A stretch of DNA of 64,000 bases from Eledone cirrhosa (GCA_964016885.1 OZ024743.1:319052001-319116000); one strand, 5' to 3'; positions 1 through 17,157 are shown, numbered from the stretch's first letter. The notes: generated by a model from the letters alone, not told the origin. A program made the numbers and translations.

Positions 1-339
1 TTTCTAATCTGTTTCCTTCAAAATAAAATATGTCCGTAATGTTGAAAATAGTTAACAGATATTTTTGTGTGTATATATATTTATACATATATATAAAACT
101 GTAGTTGTCTGTGTGTGTGTGTCCTTATTTGTGCAAAAAATATACAAATCCACATTTCTACTCCGATTGACTTGCATTTATATATTCTTTGCGGTCTAAA
201 GATATTAACTGCAGCTTTTATTTTTCAATTTTCTGTTGTTAAAGAGGTGTTAGGCGCCGGTTATCGATCTCCGTCGCGCCCATCTGTCTGTATGTCTGGC
301 TGTCTGCATTACGACATTATAACAAACATTGATGACGTT

Positions 340-545
340 TCATCTTTGCTATTTTCCGTTCATTGCCAGGGAACGTCTTCACGAACCAAAGTATTGTCTT
401 CCTGTTTTCCTTCGGTTGCAACGTTTTTCGAAATATTTACTTCTGCGTTCACAGATTGATTTTATTTAGTTTCAGAAGATCCCGTTAAGGGTGAAAGCAG
501 CGATTCTTTGCTTAAACTTTAAGCTGTTATTTTAATATATAATAT
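340..545 (+). mobile_element. Penelope pseudo-LTR fragment (family C)
   Basis: Closely matches ~31960-32150, which leads into a Penelope ORF start, and the reverse complement of ~30975-31165; contains an HHR motif. Confidence 0.7.
468..518 (+). ncRNA. Type I hammerhead ribozyme, variant CAGAAGA core
   Basis: agttt-CAGAAGA-t.ccc.gttaa.ggg.t-GAA-AGCA.gcgattctt.TGCT-T-aaact: stem I agttt/aaact, stem II ccc/ggg, stem III AGCA/TGCT, CUU triplet. Confidence 0.65.
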
Positions 546-1235
546 AAGCGAGGCAAGCCAGCCCAGTTTCACTTCTTGCCAATAAACATTAACCCTTTGT
601 GCGCCATTCATCTAACTGTAGACCAACAAATACCAACTAAACGGAGCATTGACAAGAATGATGGCGAATGAATCTTCGAGGTAAGCAGTTTCCTCCCGAG
701 CTGTTAGTTCACGCGGGATTCTCTACTACACCTTTTCGTAATAATACCGAACAACGTACTGCTGGTCACTCCTTCCTCCAAAAGCCGTACAAATCGGACA
801 TGTGCATAGATGGATCGGGTGCAAATCTACACCAGGCCTACGCGAGAAATTCGCAAGGGACTGCACCGAGACAGGGATAGAGAGAAAGAGTAACTTAGTG
901 GAAAGAGTGCGAATGAACTTTTGAGGTAAGTAGCCTACGCCTTACTGATATGACACTGGAACCTTCTGCCAACTTAACCTGTGACTTTCTCTTTCACATT
1001 TACTCCAAAAGGCCAAAACAGAGGAGTATGAAAAGAAGGGGCTCAACAATATTTCTATGAACAATGCACGTAGACAGCTAAACTGTACTTTCAAGTTCTT
1101 AATTTTCTCCAAATAAAACAAGTTTCCTCTCGGTATATTTTCGTGAGTTTTTAACAGGCACTCACAAATAAACGTTTCTCATTGTAGGTGCTATTACCAA
1201 TGTTCTTACCCGTGCAACGCCGGGATACACTGCTA

Positions 1236-1236
<1 letters not shown>

Positions 1237-1309
<73 letters not shown>

Positions 1310-1330
1310 GCACGCACACACAAAACACAT

Positions 1331-1379
<49 letters not shown>
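1237..1379. repeat. (TA)n/(CA)n microsatellite
   Basis: Direct reading. Confidence 0.95.
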
Positions 1380-1382
<3 letters not shown>

Positions 1383-1740
1383 TGTGGAGCGAGAGACTCC
1401 TAGTCTTCATTAAGACATCTCTCTAGCACAAGGCCACTCTGACATGAAACCTGCAACTTCGTTTGCATCCAATGTTGTCGACCAGTTCTACCTTTTGGGT
1501 AAATGCATTCGATGTTCAGAGTGTGGGATTGACCCCATGCAGTGCCTTTCCTCGCTTAAAAAAGTTTCAGGCACAGGCATCGCTTGATATGTAACAATTT
1601 TTGCGATGAATGACATTGCTGGCCATAGGCAAGTTCTTGGCAAGAATAAAAAGCCACGTCCGTGATGCTCATGCTTAAGTATCCAGCGATGGTATTACTC
1701 GAAATAGAGTTGCAGCCATCATCATGTATCTATGTATGTT
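1380..1740 (+). mobile_element. Partial non-autonomous retroelement with (ATGT)n tail
   Basis: Shares 'aaacctgc...gatgttg...agtgggatt...cttaaaaaa...ggcacaggcat...gccatcatgta' with 2428-3020 and 3026-3697; an inverted copy lies at ~6160-6490. Confidence 0.55.
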
Positions 1741-2330
1741 CTTCTGGTTTTATAATTTCATAAATTTTTGCCAATAGAGAAAGAGAGCCAGTGTCTTACA
1801 TAGATACAAGACTCTCTCATTGGAATTTACACAACATCAACTAGGTAGATATGTATGCATGTCTGAATGTGTAGGTATGGATGTTACTGTATGTGTGTAT
1901 GTGTATGTTTTGAGTTATACGCTTTGTATCTGTACATGTGTATATGCAGTTATTAGATGCAACATTTTTGGAATGTTTTACATATTTTTACTGTTCCATT
2001 AATGGATTGTACTTGTAATTTCCTAACTAGTTGTGTTCTTTCTGTTCCTGTGAAGCCTAGCTTCTCAAGATTTGTATTGAGGCAGTTACTAACATATCCT
2101 AGTGCCCCAATAATTACAGGCATAAATCTGAAGGTGTAATCAAGGTGGCAGATTTCTCATTAGTTCTGCATAAATATTCTCCTTTTCGCTAATCTTTGAT
2201 ATTATATTGGCATCTGCTGGGCAGCTAACTTCCACTACTGTGCATGCTTTCTTTTCCCTGTCCCATATCATTATATCTGGTCTGTTATGCCTGCATTTTA
2301 TTGGGGTTTTTACTGGAACATGTATGTGTG
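1740..2330 (-). mobile_element. 3' fragment of an RLE-type non-LTR retrotransposon (R4/Dong-like)
   Basis: ORF 2140-2358(-) has RHNRPDIMIWDREKKACTVVEVSCP, a PD-(D/E)xK restriction-like endonuclease motif; the segment is duplicated at ~3698-4110. Confidence 0.75.
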
Positions 2331-2427
2331 CGCGTGCATATGTTTTGTATCTGTACATGTGTAGATGCAGAATTTTTGGAATGTTTTACAAATTTTCACT
2401 GTTCCATTAATGTATGTATGTATATAT

Positions 2428-3697
2428 GTCGGGTCCGTCTTGAGTGCTACTGGTAATATGTAACCCAGTACAATCTGTTGCATGGTCGAGTCGTCGGCGA
2501 CTAAACTGGCAACCCCACCAAGTTTACTTGGTGAGGAGGGTGATTTTGGACACCCTGCAGGACAAAAACAAAACCTGCCAAAGGGCGGAAGAATTCATAA
2601 GAGTCAATGGCCATCCAAAAATGTGTAAATATGTATATGAATTTATATATATGTGTATATGCGCGGGAAGATAGAAATAATCGAGCTGGATACCCAATCG
2701 CGCGGTTAAACCACTGGGAGTGAAGGACCCCTAGACTTTGTCAGGGCATTCTTCTAGGAGAAGGCAACTCAGAAACTGGGATAACTCCGACATAAAACCT
2801 GCGGCTCAGTAGTTACCGATGATGTTGATCTTTTCTTCTTTTCGGGTTATAGCTACTGCTGCTCAGAGAGTGGGATTGGCTCGGTACACAGTCTTTCCTC
2901 ACTTAAAAAAATCTTCACGCACAGGCATTGCACGATAGCTTAATTGAGGATTATTAATAATGTTATATCGTCAATGGCCACACTCGATAATGAGGGGGAA
3001 GCCATCATGTATGTATGTATGTTATGTCAGGTCACCAATTGGTGCTACTGGTAACATGTATCCCAGTACAACCTGTCTCATGGTCGGGTCGTTGGCGACT
3101 AAACTGGCAACCCCACCAAGGTTTCTTGGTGAGGAGGGTGACTTTGGACATCCTGCAGGACCAAAAAAAAAACCTGTCAAAGGGCAAGAGAGCTCTTAAG
3201 AGTCAATGGCCATCCAAAATAACCGAGAGAGATGACCCCTTAGGCCTTTGTCAAGGCAGAATTCTAGGAGAAGGAAAACTCTGATATAACACCTGCAACC
3301 CTGATGGTATCCAATGATGTTGACTTGTTCTTCTTTTTGGTAAATATCATCTTGGTTAAGAGAGTGGGACTGGCTTTGTGCAGAGCCTTTGCTCACTATA
3401 AAAGCTTCACGGCACAGGCATTGCTTTATATCTGGAGATCTCTCTGCACTTGTCGTCACATGGTACCATGGGCCCAGCACTATGTGTCAATAATTGTCAC
3501 AAGTGTAGTGTTTGTACCAGAGTTTCCAAGTCGCTGGCTGGACTAAAAGTCACACTCGTTCAGCGCATCGGTAGGGGTTCTCCTACATGGATATAAAGTA
3601 GTGGCCGTACTCGAAAACGAGTTGGCAGCCACCATGTATGTATGTATGTATGTATGTATGTATGTATGTATGTATGTATGTATGTATGTATGTATGT
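2428..3697 (+). mobile_element. Two stacked ~600 bp non-autonomous elements (2428-3020, 3026-3697), RTE-5'UTR-like, each ending in (ATGT)n
   Basis: Mutual similarity, e.g. 'ggcgactaaactggcaaccccaccaag' and 'ctaggagaagg'; each starts right after a tatg repeat. Resemblance to RTE 5' UTRs is from recollection. Confidence 0.55.
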
Positions 3698-4912
3698 TCT
3701 TCTGGTTTTATAATTTCACAAAGTCTTACCAATAGAGAGAGAGTCGGTTTCTAACATAGACACAAGACTCTCTCATTGGAATTTACACAACATCAACTAG
3801 GTAGATATCTATGTATGTCTGCATGCATGCATGTGTAGATATGGATGTTATTGTATGTGTGAATGTGTATGTTTTGAGTTGTATGTGTGCATGTGTATAT
3901 GCTTTGTATCTGCAGATATGGAGTATCTGCAGATTTCTCATCAGTTCTGCATAAATATTGTCCTTTTCACTAATCTTTGATATTATATTGGCATCTGCTG
4001 GGCAGCTAATTTCCACTACTGTGCATGTTTTCTTCTCCCTGTCCCATATCATAATATCTGGTCTGTTATGCCTGCATTATATTGGGGTTTTTTACTGGAA
4101 CATTCCACCAGTACTCTTTCATATTATGTACTCCACATTGTTGTAGCTTTTAATGTGTTTATCATCGGGGCTATCTTTTTTACGAACTGCATTGTACAGT
4201 GTTTTGGCCACTACATCATGCCTCATAGGTAGATAGTACCGCAATGACATCTTTGGGCAGCTGCTGATGACATGGGTGATATCCTCGATGTTAGTTCTGC
4301 AGAGTCTGCACTTGTTATCACATCTAGGTGTTTTGCCTGCATCCCTATCTCTTTTGTGAATCAGGTATTTCGTGCTAATCTCCTGTTCTTGGATTGCAAA
4401 AGCGTATCCTTCAAAGTGGGAGCCAATATAGCGGTTGTTGGTCCAAGATAGACTACTTTCCTTATCTATATTACTCTCACTCTGGAGCTTCCTGGCAACA
4501 TATCCATGCATGATTTTTTTGCTGATAGGCATGCAGTTTTTCATCCATGGACTCACTGCGATACTGCTGAGCGACATCCCTGGGTGTGAGTTTCTGATTA
4601 TCACACAGGGAATATCTCTCAAGGAGTTCCTTCCCAACTCTCATGATCTTATCTGTTTCATGCAGATAGACTTGCTCGAGAAGCGGGCTCCTACGCTTCG
4701 AGGTTCGTAGATGTTGTCGGAGAGATATGATGCGACATTCAAATGTTGTCTGGACTGATGTTAGACCTCTGCCTCCCTGCTTACGTTTCAAGTAAAGGCG
4801 GTCTATGTCACTGTTGATGTGGAAGTTTCCGGTGTTGTTCAGTATTTTTCGAGTTCCAACATCAACTGCTCGGATTTCGTCTATCGTCCAATTGAGTATT
4901 CCAAACGTTGGT
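3698..4912 (-). mobile_element. Decayed R4/Dong-clade LINE (late RT region, CCHC knuckle, RLE)
   Basis: Peptides LKRKQGGRGL, CRLCRTNIEDITHVISSC..RHDVV and IWDREKKTCTVVEISCP; frameshifted. Confidence 0.8.
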
Positions 4913-5590
4913 GTATGTATGTATGTATGTATGTATGTATGTATGTATGTATGTATGTATGTATGTATGTATGTATGTATGTATGTCTTCGCTCACTTAT
5001 TCCTGAGAGAGTTGTGGGGCAGAGTTCTCAAACATTCCTTCCAGAGGGTCCTGTCAGAAGCAACCACCTCTAATTGATCTGGCTGGATCCCCAAGCAAGG
5101 CCAGCGATCTACCCCTGGGTTTCCTGCCAGTTGGTTTTGCCCGTAAAATCTGTCCAGCAATTCTTTCTTGAGACATTCTAACCACATGTCTGTAGTACAG
5201 GAGCTGTGATCTCTCAAATCAGAGAAGTAACGGCTTTACATAGAGCACCTCTCTCATCTCTGAACCACGCACACTATCGAGAAACGTTACTCCAAAGACT
5301 CTTCGGAGGAACCCAATTTCGGCCGTTTCTATTTGCGAACGTATTCGTTCGATCATTGCCCAAGATTCATGAACATAGATTATGTTTGGCATGAACACCG
5401 AATTGAAGATAACGATTTTGGCGTTTTTAAACCTACCTCTTCTGATTACCGATTGCTGAAGCTAGCGCATTACTGCAGCAGCGTGTTTCATCATTTATTG
5501 ACTAGAGAAAATACAGTAGTCCAATATTAGGGCATATGAACCATCATAACGGAGAATTGGTCATCAACAAATGTGGGAATGGAGCTCATT
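4913..5590 (-). mobile_element. RTE-clade LINE 3' fragment with (ACAT)n tail, interrupting the R4-like element
   Basis: Reverse complement of ~10420-10960; decayed RTE C-terminus. Confidence 0.65.
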
Positions 5591-5696
5591 CCTATTTACT
5601 GTAGTCACTATACAGTAAAAGCCTCTAATTCTATTTTCAAATTTGTTTCTATCTCCGCCATATTCAAATGCACACATTATTACATATTTACCGTGG

Positions 5697-5890
5697 GCGG
5701 TGGATTGGCAGTATCGGTAGAGAGTCGGACACCATGCTTTGAAGCATAGAGTTACGTCCCTTTATGATCTGAGTTCAAATCCCGCCGAGGTTAACTTTGC
5801 CTTTCATCTTTACGGGGTCGATAAAATAAAGTACCAGTAATGCACTGGGTAATTGCTGGCCTTGTGCCAAAACGTAGAAACAATTATTAC
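5697..5890 (+). mobile_element. tRNA-derived SINE (abundant octopus-type family)
   Basis: ggcggtggattggcagtatcggtaga...gagttcaaatcccgccgaggttaactttgcctttcatc..ggggtcgataaaataaagtaccagt; B-box GTTCAAATCC; many copies in the window. Confidence 0.8.
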
Positions 5891-5945
5891 ATATTTAGCG
5901 CTCTTGACCTTATAGCTTCTAAATTTAACGGGAGCTCGTAGGATT

Positions 5946-6015
5946 GGTAAGTTGGTGTAATCGGCTAGTGCACTTATCGTAAAGACACAGTGATGTGGGT
6001 TCGATTCTCTACGCA
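5946..6015 (+). pseudogene. tRNA-like remnant or SINE head
   Basis: A-box-like TGGTGTAATCGG and B-box GTTCGATTC at tRNA-like spacing; no intact cloverleaf. Confidence 0.4.
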
Positions 6016-6899
6016 TGCTTATTCCCATTTTTTTTTCATTATGGATGTTCATATGCCCGAATATTAGATTATTTTATCTAGGTCAAGATGCGATGAAACT
6101 TCTATTTCCTCTCTCTCTCTTTTTCTACACACACACAAACATATATATATATATATATATGATGGCTGCATCTCGATTTCGAGTAATGTCATCGCTTGAT
6201 ACTTTACCATGAGTACGTGGCTTTTTACACCTGCTAGGGACTTGTCAGGTATCGCAAAAAAATGTCATATATCAAGCGATGCCTGTTCCTGAAGCTTTTA
6301 AAAGTTTTTTAAGTGATGAAACGCTTTGCACGGGGCTAATCCCACTCACTGAACATCGAATGCATTCACCAAGAAAGTAGAACTGGTCAACACCATCGGA
6401 TGCGAACGAATTCGGAGGTTTTATATTACAGTGACCTTCTCCAAAAGAGATGTCTTAATTAAGATTAGGGTTCTCTCACTCCACTGCACTCCCACTCGCC
6501 AAAAATATGTGTGTGTGTGTCTGTCTGTGTATGTCTGTTTGTCTGTCAGTGTGTACCTATATAAATGTGTGCGTGGGTCTGTGTCAGTATTTATGTTATG
6601 TACCTTAGCCGTTCGACAAAAAGATCAATATATTAATTACCACACTTGCAAAATATAAGTAATAGCATCTGTATTACCGATGAAATCTTTTCATGGTCGT
6701 GCCCTAGTACGATCGCAGACTAATGATTGAAAACAGTAAAAGAATAAAGTGCTTAATGTATCCACCATATAAAAGCGCAATTGAGATATAATTTTAACGG
6801 CGCTACTTTATCGTGTGACGTACCTCAGTACCTGTGATCTACTTTGTGTAATGTTTTGACATGACAACTGGGTTGCAAGCATGGTCTCGTAATTCCTGT

Positions 6900-8320
6900 A
6901 GGAGTCGTGGGGGCGCTGTCTTGACATACGGCGTCTCTAGGGCATTTTTTAAAACCTGGCGGAGCCCACCTCCTCTCCAGGTCTGAATACATTAGATTTC
7001 TTCCAGAGAAAGATAGAGAGTGAAATAATGGAAGTGAGGGAGAGATATAGTTGACGAATCTACACCAATACTTGACTTGTACTTTTATATCCACCGAGAA
7101 TGGATGAAAGGCAAAGCTGACCTCGGCGAAATTTGAACTTAGAGAGCAGAGAACCGAAACGAATAACGCAAAGTATTTTACTCGATATTCTAACCACTGC
7201 CAAATTCGTCGCCTTATGACTACTGGGTTAGGGTAAGATTAGTTTTTGTAGTTGAATTAGACTGCACGCTGAACTGTAAATTGTCTTTACTAAAACTTCC
7301 CCTGGGTAATCTCATGATCAGCAATTTTTCACTCTGTATAGGAATTTAGATACTTTTCAAATTCTAACAACTTCAATCGGTTTTTATAATTATGAGTCTC
7401 CCCTTTCACTTAGAAAATTAAGAACCACGCATGCTTGTTTAAACAAGAGATAAGAGAACCATCTCTTAAGATAAGATTAAGAATGTGTGTGTGTTTTTCT
7501 TATTGAAACAACATCTCTGATTTTAAGAGGAGAAATAAAAATGAAATACAAGAGCCTTTCTTAAAGGTCTATTCTACCAAACTACCAAACTCTATCGGTG
7601 TGTATTTGAGATTACGAAACAGGTGCTCGACAACCATTAATAAAAGACACAAATAACAGTATTAGCGCTCATATCTCCTCAACAATTCTAAAACAGTAAA
7701 GCATTTTTTTCTAGTTTTCTAAGAATTTTGTCTACAATGTCGCCTTATCTTTGCTATGCAACCGTGAAATCATAACATTTTCTCTCTGTTCAGAAATCCT
7801 ACATGCCTAAATGTGTTTGGTTATGACAAGTAATTTACTCCTTTGAAGTGAAACACCAGTTTAAAATCAATTTTACTCAAGAAACTTAACGGAGAATTAA
7901 TAAGACAGTGTTTCTTATTTTTAAACATAAGACTTTGAAGAATCTTTGAAGAATCTTTGTTGGCGGGGAATTGTTACAACTTTAGAACAGTAGATGTATG
8001 TAAGGATAATAAGGATAAATATGCCATAACTCCTTATGGAGTGGTAGAGGCACCGTCAAACGGTATATCTAAGGAATTTTTAAACCTGGCGGAGCCTAAT
8101 ACTCTCCAGGTCGGAACGTAGCCGATTTTTTCTATGGAGGAAGAATCGACCATCCCAGTAATGGACTGGTACTTTTTGTATGTATGGTCAGGTAACGTCT
8201 GATGGAGCCGTAGGGGTGCCGAATTGACATACGGCGGCCCTAGGGCAATTATTAAAAACCTGGCGGAGCCCCTCCCCTTTCCATGTTTAAATACAGCAGA
8301 TTTCTTCCACTGAAGGAGCG
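6900..8320 (+). repeat. Three dispersed copies of a ~120 bp repeat ('tagggc..ttaaaaacctggcggagcc') with SINE fragments between
   Basis: Copies at ~6900-7020, ~8035-8140 and ~8200-8320; minus-strand SINE pieces at ~7070-7215 and ~8365-8480. Confidence 0.55.
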
Positions 8321-8889
8321 AAAGAGTGAGAGAATGGGAGGGAGAAATAGATATAGAGGAAAAATCGACCCTCGTACTAGACTGGTACTATTTTTTTTTA
8401 CCTTAAAAGACAAAGTTGACCTCGGTGGAATATGGCAAATCATTCTATCCGATCTCCTAACGGCTCTACTAATTCGCTGCCAATAGAACAGTAGATACTG
8501 ATATATAAAATATTCTTTGCAGCATTATTTCGGTTCTTCCGGTGCGATGAAAATAAATGATAAATAGAAAGTGAATTTACGAACGTTGCGTGATTTTTTT
8601 TTAAAGGTTAAAAATATTCTTCTCCTGTGTAGATATTATAATGTAACTGTTTTCTATACTTCTTAGTGTACGTTGGTTTAAAAATATATTGTACGAGCGG
8701 TAAATTTATTTTGGAATATGTTGTTGGACATCTGTTGGCGACGAGTGTACCTTTTGTTTCAATAAAACAATGTGCAGAATTAACGCGCAAGTGGCTGAGC
8801 ATTATACGAGAACATGTATCCTTAATGTTATTCTCAGGGAGATTCATGGTGGCACAGTAACAAGGCTGGAACTTTGAATTACAGGTAAA

Positions 8890-9300
8890 ACTAACTATTT
8901 CCAGCTGAGTGAACTGGAGCAACGTGAATTAAGGTGTCTTGCTGGAACGAATACCGCAAAACATTCTATTCGACGTTCTAACGACTCTACCAATTTGCCA
9001 CCCTAAGTACCCACATACCGAGGTATATTTAGAAGGTCCCCGTCGGTCACTAATGACCATGGTTTTGCACGTAGAAATTTTCCATCCGAGGTTTGTGGAC
9101 GACCAGCTGTCGCCCATGCATACCAGTCTCCCCTCTCCACATCACTGATGTTGTCCAAATGAAAGGCAATGGCCAATACAGCTTAGTCCCATTGACGTCG
9201 CAACTTATTTCTACAGCTGAGTGAACTGGAGCAACGCGAAATAAAGTGTCTTTCTCAACGCATCACCCGGTCCGAGAATCTAACCACTAAGCCATTCGCC
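8890..9300 (-). mobile_element. tRNA-derived SINE fragments (CORE-like family)
   Basis: Reverse complement reads ggcgaatggcttagtggttaga...aagacactttatttcgcgttgctccagttcactcagctg; related to 33838-33952. Confidence 0.65.
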
Positions 9301-10419
9301 ATTACTTAATTATATATTCTTTCCTATTCAAATACATTTTAATTTTATTTTAACCCTTTTTTCTGATTTTCTCTAAGATGACTAACTCTAACCACTTTCT
9401 TCTACTAGCTTTACATTTCATACTATACCATTTTTATATCAGAGTGTGTGTTTAAAATAGCAGTGTTTGATAGCATTACTATTTTCCATATTTTTTGTTT
9501 TTCTTTTATTCTTTTTAGAATTAAAAAACTCCATGTGCCTCCAAATCTTCTCCTTGGGACGCAGATTTCTAAAATTAAATCCGTTTTTCTCTAAGACATC
9601 TTTTCGTATCTCTTCGGTGACACACAAACACTCTCAAATATATAATAGATATTACAAGTAATTCAATAATTTTCTGAAGGATTAAATTAAAGTTTGATAG
9701 TTGCAAGATTTGAACCCAGAACGTAGAGGGATGAATCTCAATACTGATAGATAATTAGTCCGGCGCTCTACCATTTCTACCATTTTAGCACACTTGGAAA
9801 TATTTGTATATTATCTGAACATGTGATAATATTAGGTGGCGATATTGTATGTAATTTAACAGACCATTTCATGCAAAAACCTTTCTAATATTTTATTAGT
9901 AGTTTTAATGTTATTTTGGCGTCATGTACAGCTGTTTTGTAGAACACACAAGAATAAACGCAACGCAACGCTACAGTAGTAACATTGGAACAGAAAAATC
10001 ACAGAACTGTTAGATAATATCTTATATAAACCTTAGACAGTCTATAAAAACAATGATTAAGTAGTGAGTAATGAAAGGGAGTATTCAAACATATCGCGTT
10101 TGTGTGTTTATTTAGTTCATTAATGCAACAAGAGTGTGTCAAACTTGTTTTCCAAAGTTTCTTTCTGATAACACCACTCGCGCTTAGCTCATTGCAACAA
10201 TATGTGTACTGTTTATCATGATCGCCATAATCCTTTGAAGATTTCAAATATTCATATTATTTATATGTAACTCCAATAAATGCTTTGAATTTTTCCAATA
10301 ATCTAAAACCTGCGCAGGGCACTCTACGTGTGAATGGAGTTCCATTGAAGCAGGTGGAGAAGTTGAAGTATTCCGAGCCGTGTTCACGAGTGATGGAAAG
10401 CAGGAGACTGAATTGAGTG

Positions 10420-10962
10420 CAATAATTGCAGGAGCTGGTGCAGTAATGTGCCAGCTTCAGCAATAGGTAATCAGAAAAAGGGAGATAGCTGTAAAAAAGC
10501 CAAACTCGCTATCTTCAATTCGGTATTCATGCCAACCTATAATCTTGGGTAATGACCGACAGAATACAACCGCGAATAAAAGCAGCGGAAGTGAGGTTTC
10601 TCCGATGGGTCTTTGGAGTAATCTTACTCGAATTAATGTGCAACTCGAAGATGAGAGAGTCACTCCAGGTAGAGCCGCTACTTCTCCGAATTGAGAGATA
10701 ACAGCTCTGATATTACGGGCATGTGGTTAGAATGTCTCACCAAAGAATCGCTGGAGAGATTTTAGCGATAAATCTAACCAACAGGAGATCCAGAGGTAGA
10801 CCCTGCGCAAGATGGTTGGATAACATCTACGAGCTCGACTGATCTCGCGAGGATCCAGTCGGACCAACTGGAGATAATTGCTTTTGACAGGACCTGCTGG
10901 GAGGAGTGTTTGAGGAATGTGACCCCACAACCCTCTCAGGAGTATGTGGACGAGGATGAACA
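10420..10962 (+). mobile_element. RTE-clade LINE 3' fragment
   Basis: Decayed translation KKAKLAIFNSVFMPT..AAEVRFLR..ESLQVEPLLLRIER..YGHVVRM..RGRP. Confidence 0.75.
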
Positions 10963-11524
10963 TTAATTTATAGAGTAATTCATTTACATTCAACAAAACC
11001 TGATTCCCGTAATCCAATGAAGAGTTTCAATATTAACTGTATTTAATATAACATTCAAATAAATGGTTCAAAGCTTTCCAATAATTTTTGAGTCATCTTA
11101 AGAGTAATCTTATACAGTGTAACCAATCATTTATTATACATCTCGTTTTTCATTCAGTTATAATTACCAGATTTTCTCATCTTCATGAAATATATACATA
11201 CCGGTAATAACTCACATTTTCGCCACTATTGTCTACATCAAAATATACTTCCAATCCTATTTTCATTGTTGTTATTTCATTGAGGAACTGGAATAATATG
11301 AATTCAAACAAACGAATTTCAGTGTCAAAGGTCCTCTTCTCCTCTCATTGGTCAGTTATTAGAACATTCCTCATTCTAAGTGTTGTTATTGTTGGAGTTA
11401 GCTTAAAAAATTGATAAAATGTTAGAAGGGACAAGGTGTTAAAGGAACAAAATAACAAAAAAAGTGTCAAACTTCCCATTGGTCAGTTCTGAGAGCATTC
11501 CTCAGTCAGAAGTCTATAGAATTC

Positions 11525-14860
<3,336 letters not shown>

Positions 14861-14962
14861 TAAAACTGAAGCTTGGAGAGAACAGAGAAGATCTTAGTGA
14901 AATCGGACAAAACATACCTCTAAATATGGTTTTATAAATATAGTTTTCATTTGTTTAATATC

Positions 14963-15085
<123 letters not shown>

Positions 15086-15282
15086 CATATATCCTTGGGC
15101 AGACTTTATTATAAATATGTGTTTTGAAATGAATTTTAGAAACTTATTCTGCAGTTTTAGTACAGAGGCCTATTTGAATCATAATACTGTAATTTGAATA
15201 ACTTTACTCTTCAGGCGCTAACAACTGGTAAATATGATATCTTAATTTTACAGTCCTTTACAAGAAATCTGTGTTGTGTATT

Positions 15283-15389
<107 letters not shown>

Positions 15390-15504
15390 CATTAATGCCT
15401 TATTGAATTATTTTAATTCTTTTGATTATTTTAACTCTTTCGGTCATCAAGAAAAACTTGTTAAGGCGGACATCACACAAACACATATGAATATATCTGT
15501 GTAA

Positions 15505-15830
15505 TTCGAATCCCCCCCGAGGTTAACTTTGCCTTTCATCCTTACGGGGTCGATAAAATAAAGTACCAGTAATGCATTAGGTAATTGCTGGCCTTGTGCC
15601 AAAAAGTAGAAACAATTATTTATATTGCCGGTGGATTGGGAGTATCGGAAGAGGGTCGGACGCCATGCTTTGCGGCATAGAGTTACGGCCCTTTGCAGTC
15701 TGATTTCAAATCCCGGCGAGGTTAACTTTGTCTTTCATCTTTACGTGGTCGATAAAATAAAGAACCAGTAATTCACTATGATAATTGCTGGCCTTGTGCC
15801 AAAAAGTAGAAACAATTATTTATATTGCCC
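15505..15830 (+). mobile_element. Two tandem octopus-type SINEs
   Basis: Same family as 5697-5890; second copy flanked by repeated 'aattatttatattgcc'. Confidence 0.8.
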
Positions 15831-16151
15831 CAAACTCCGCTATAGTTGAGTTAATCAGACGTGTGCTAACTGCCTTTTCTAGAAAATACGGTACTCGCTT
15901 ATTGTCCACCTTTACTACCCTTCTGTGACCACTGTATCACGCGTTAATTTCTCCCCCCAGCTCTCGAAAATTTCTCACTTGTTACAAACGCATCAAGAAA
16001 CAGTCCTTTTTGAGGGATCTCTTGATAAGCCATAACCTCACAGCCATAGCGCACTTCTATAGTGTATACATTGCGGTAAACGTATTCGGCGAAACTGCAG
16101 TCGGGACTTTGAAAAAAAAATAGGTATATTTTTGTCTATTATTTCCTCGTA

Positions 16152-16496
16152 CATATCGAGTGAGTTAGTCGGCCGAGCGTACTGAAAACGATAAATGGAA
16201 TAAATGAAATTTCATTTCTCACTCTTAGTACGGCTGATACTCAAATATAAGTATGTACATATATATATGTGTGCATGTATGTATGTATGTATATACATAC
16301 TACTGTACATCTGTATACATATATGTATGTACGTATACATACTTATATCTGAGTATCAGCCGTACTAAGAGTGAGAAATGAAATTTCACTTTTTCCATTT
16401 ATCCTTTTCGGTACACCCGGCCGACTAACTCACTCGATATGCAAATTAGGCTACTCAGCCGTTGATATGCATAAGGAAAGTATATACTTTCAAACG

Positions 16497-16497
<1 letters not shown>
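16152..16497 (+). mobile_element. Retrozyme-like family A fragment with 5' fold-back
   Basis: 16152-~16260 is an imperfect inverted repeat of ~16335-16441; 16255-16345 matches 28980-29065; 16458-16497 matches 28758-28797, just upstream of an HHR. Confidence 0.7.
16439..16486 (+). promoter_or_regulatory. Octamer (ATGCAAAT) + TATA-like module
   Basis: ATGCAAAT at 16439-16446 and TATATA at 16481; the same arrangement occurs at 29848/29889. Confidence 0.45.
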
Positions 16498-16859
<362 letters not shown>

Positions 16860-16905
16860 TAAAAGGAAGAATTCTAACTTTGTCTGATTTACTCGTATTA
16901 TTTGC

Positions 16906-17085
16906 AGGCGGTGGATTGGCAATATCGGTAGAGGGTCGGACTCCATGCTTTGAAGTACCTCCCTCTTATGATCTGATTTCAAATCCCGCCGAGGTTAACT
17001 TTGCCTTTCATCCTCATGGGGTCGATAAAATAAACTACCAGTAATGCACTGGGTAATTACTGGCCAAAAAGTAGAAACAATTATT
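16906..17085 (+). mobile_element. Octopus-type SINE
   Basis: Same family as 5697-5890. Confidence 0.8.
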
Positions 17086-17157
17086 TACAATCCTTTAAAA
17101 TGTATAATGGTATTAGAATGAAATAGTATAGTAGAATATTAAATGTTAAGTGCTAAT

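Noticed and set aside
3026-3110. HDV-like ribozyme at the 5' end of the ~600 bp elements
   Set aside because: Could not assign P1, P3/L3 and P1.1 consistently in both copies; kept only as an untested structure.
3925-3955. CTGATGAGAAA on the minus strand as a hammerhead core
   Set aside because: No stem II; lies in LINE coding sequence (ELMRN).
5946-6015. Functional tRNA gene (also 33838-33910)
   Set aside because: A/B boxes present but acceptor and anticodon stems do not pair; better explained as SINE heads.
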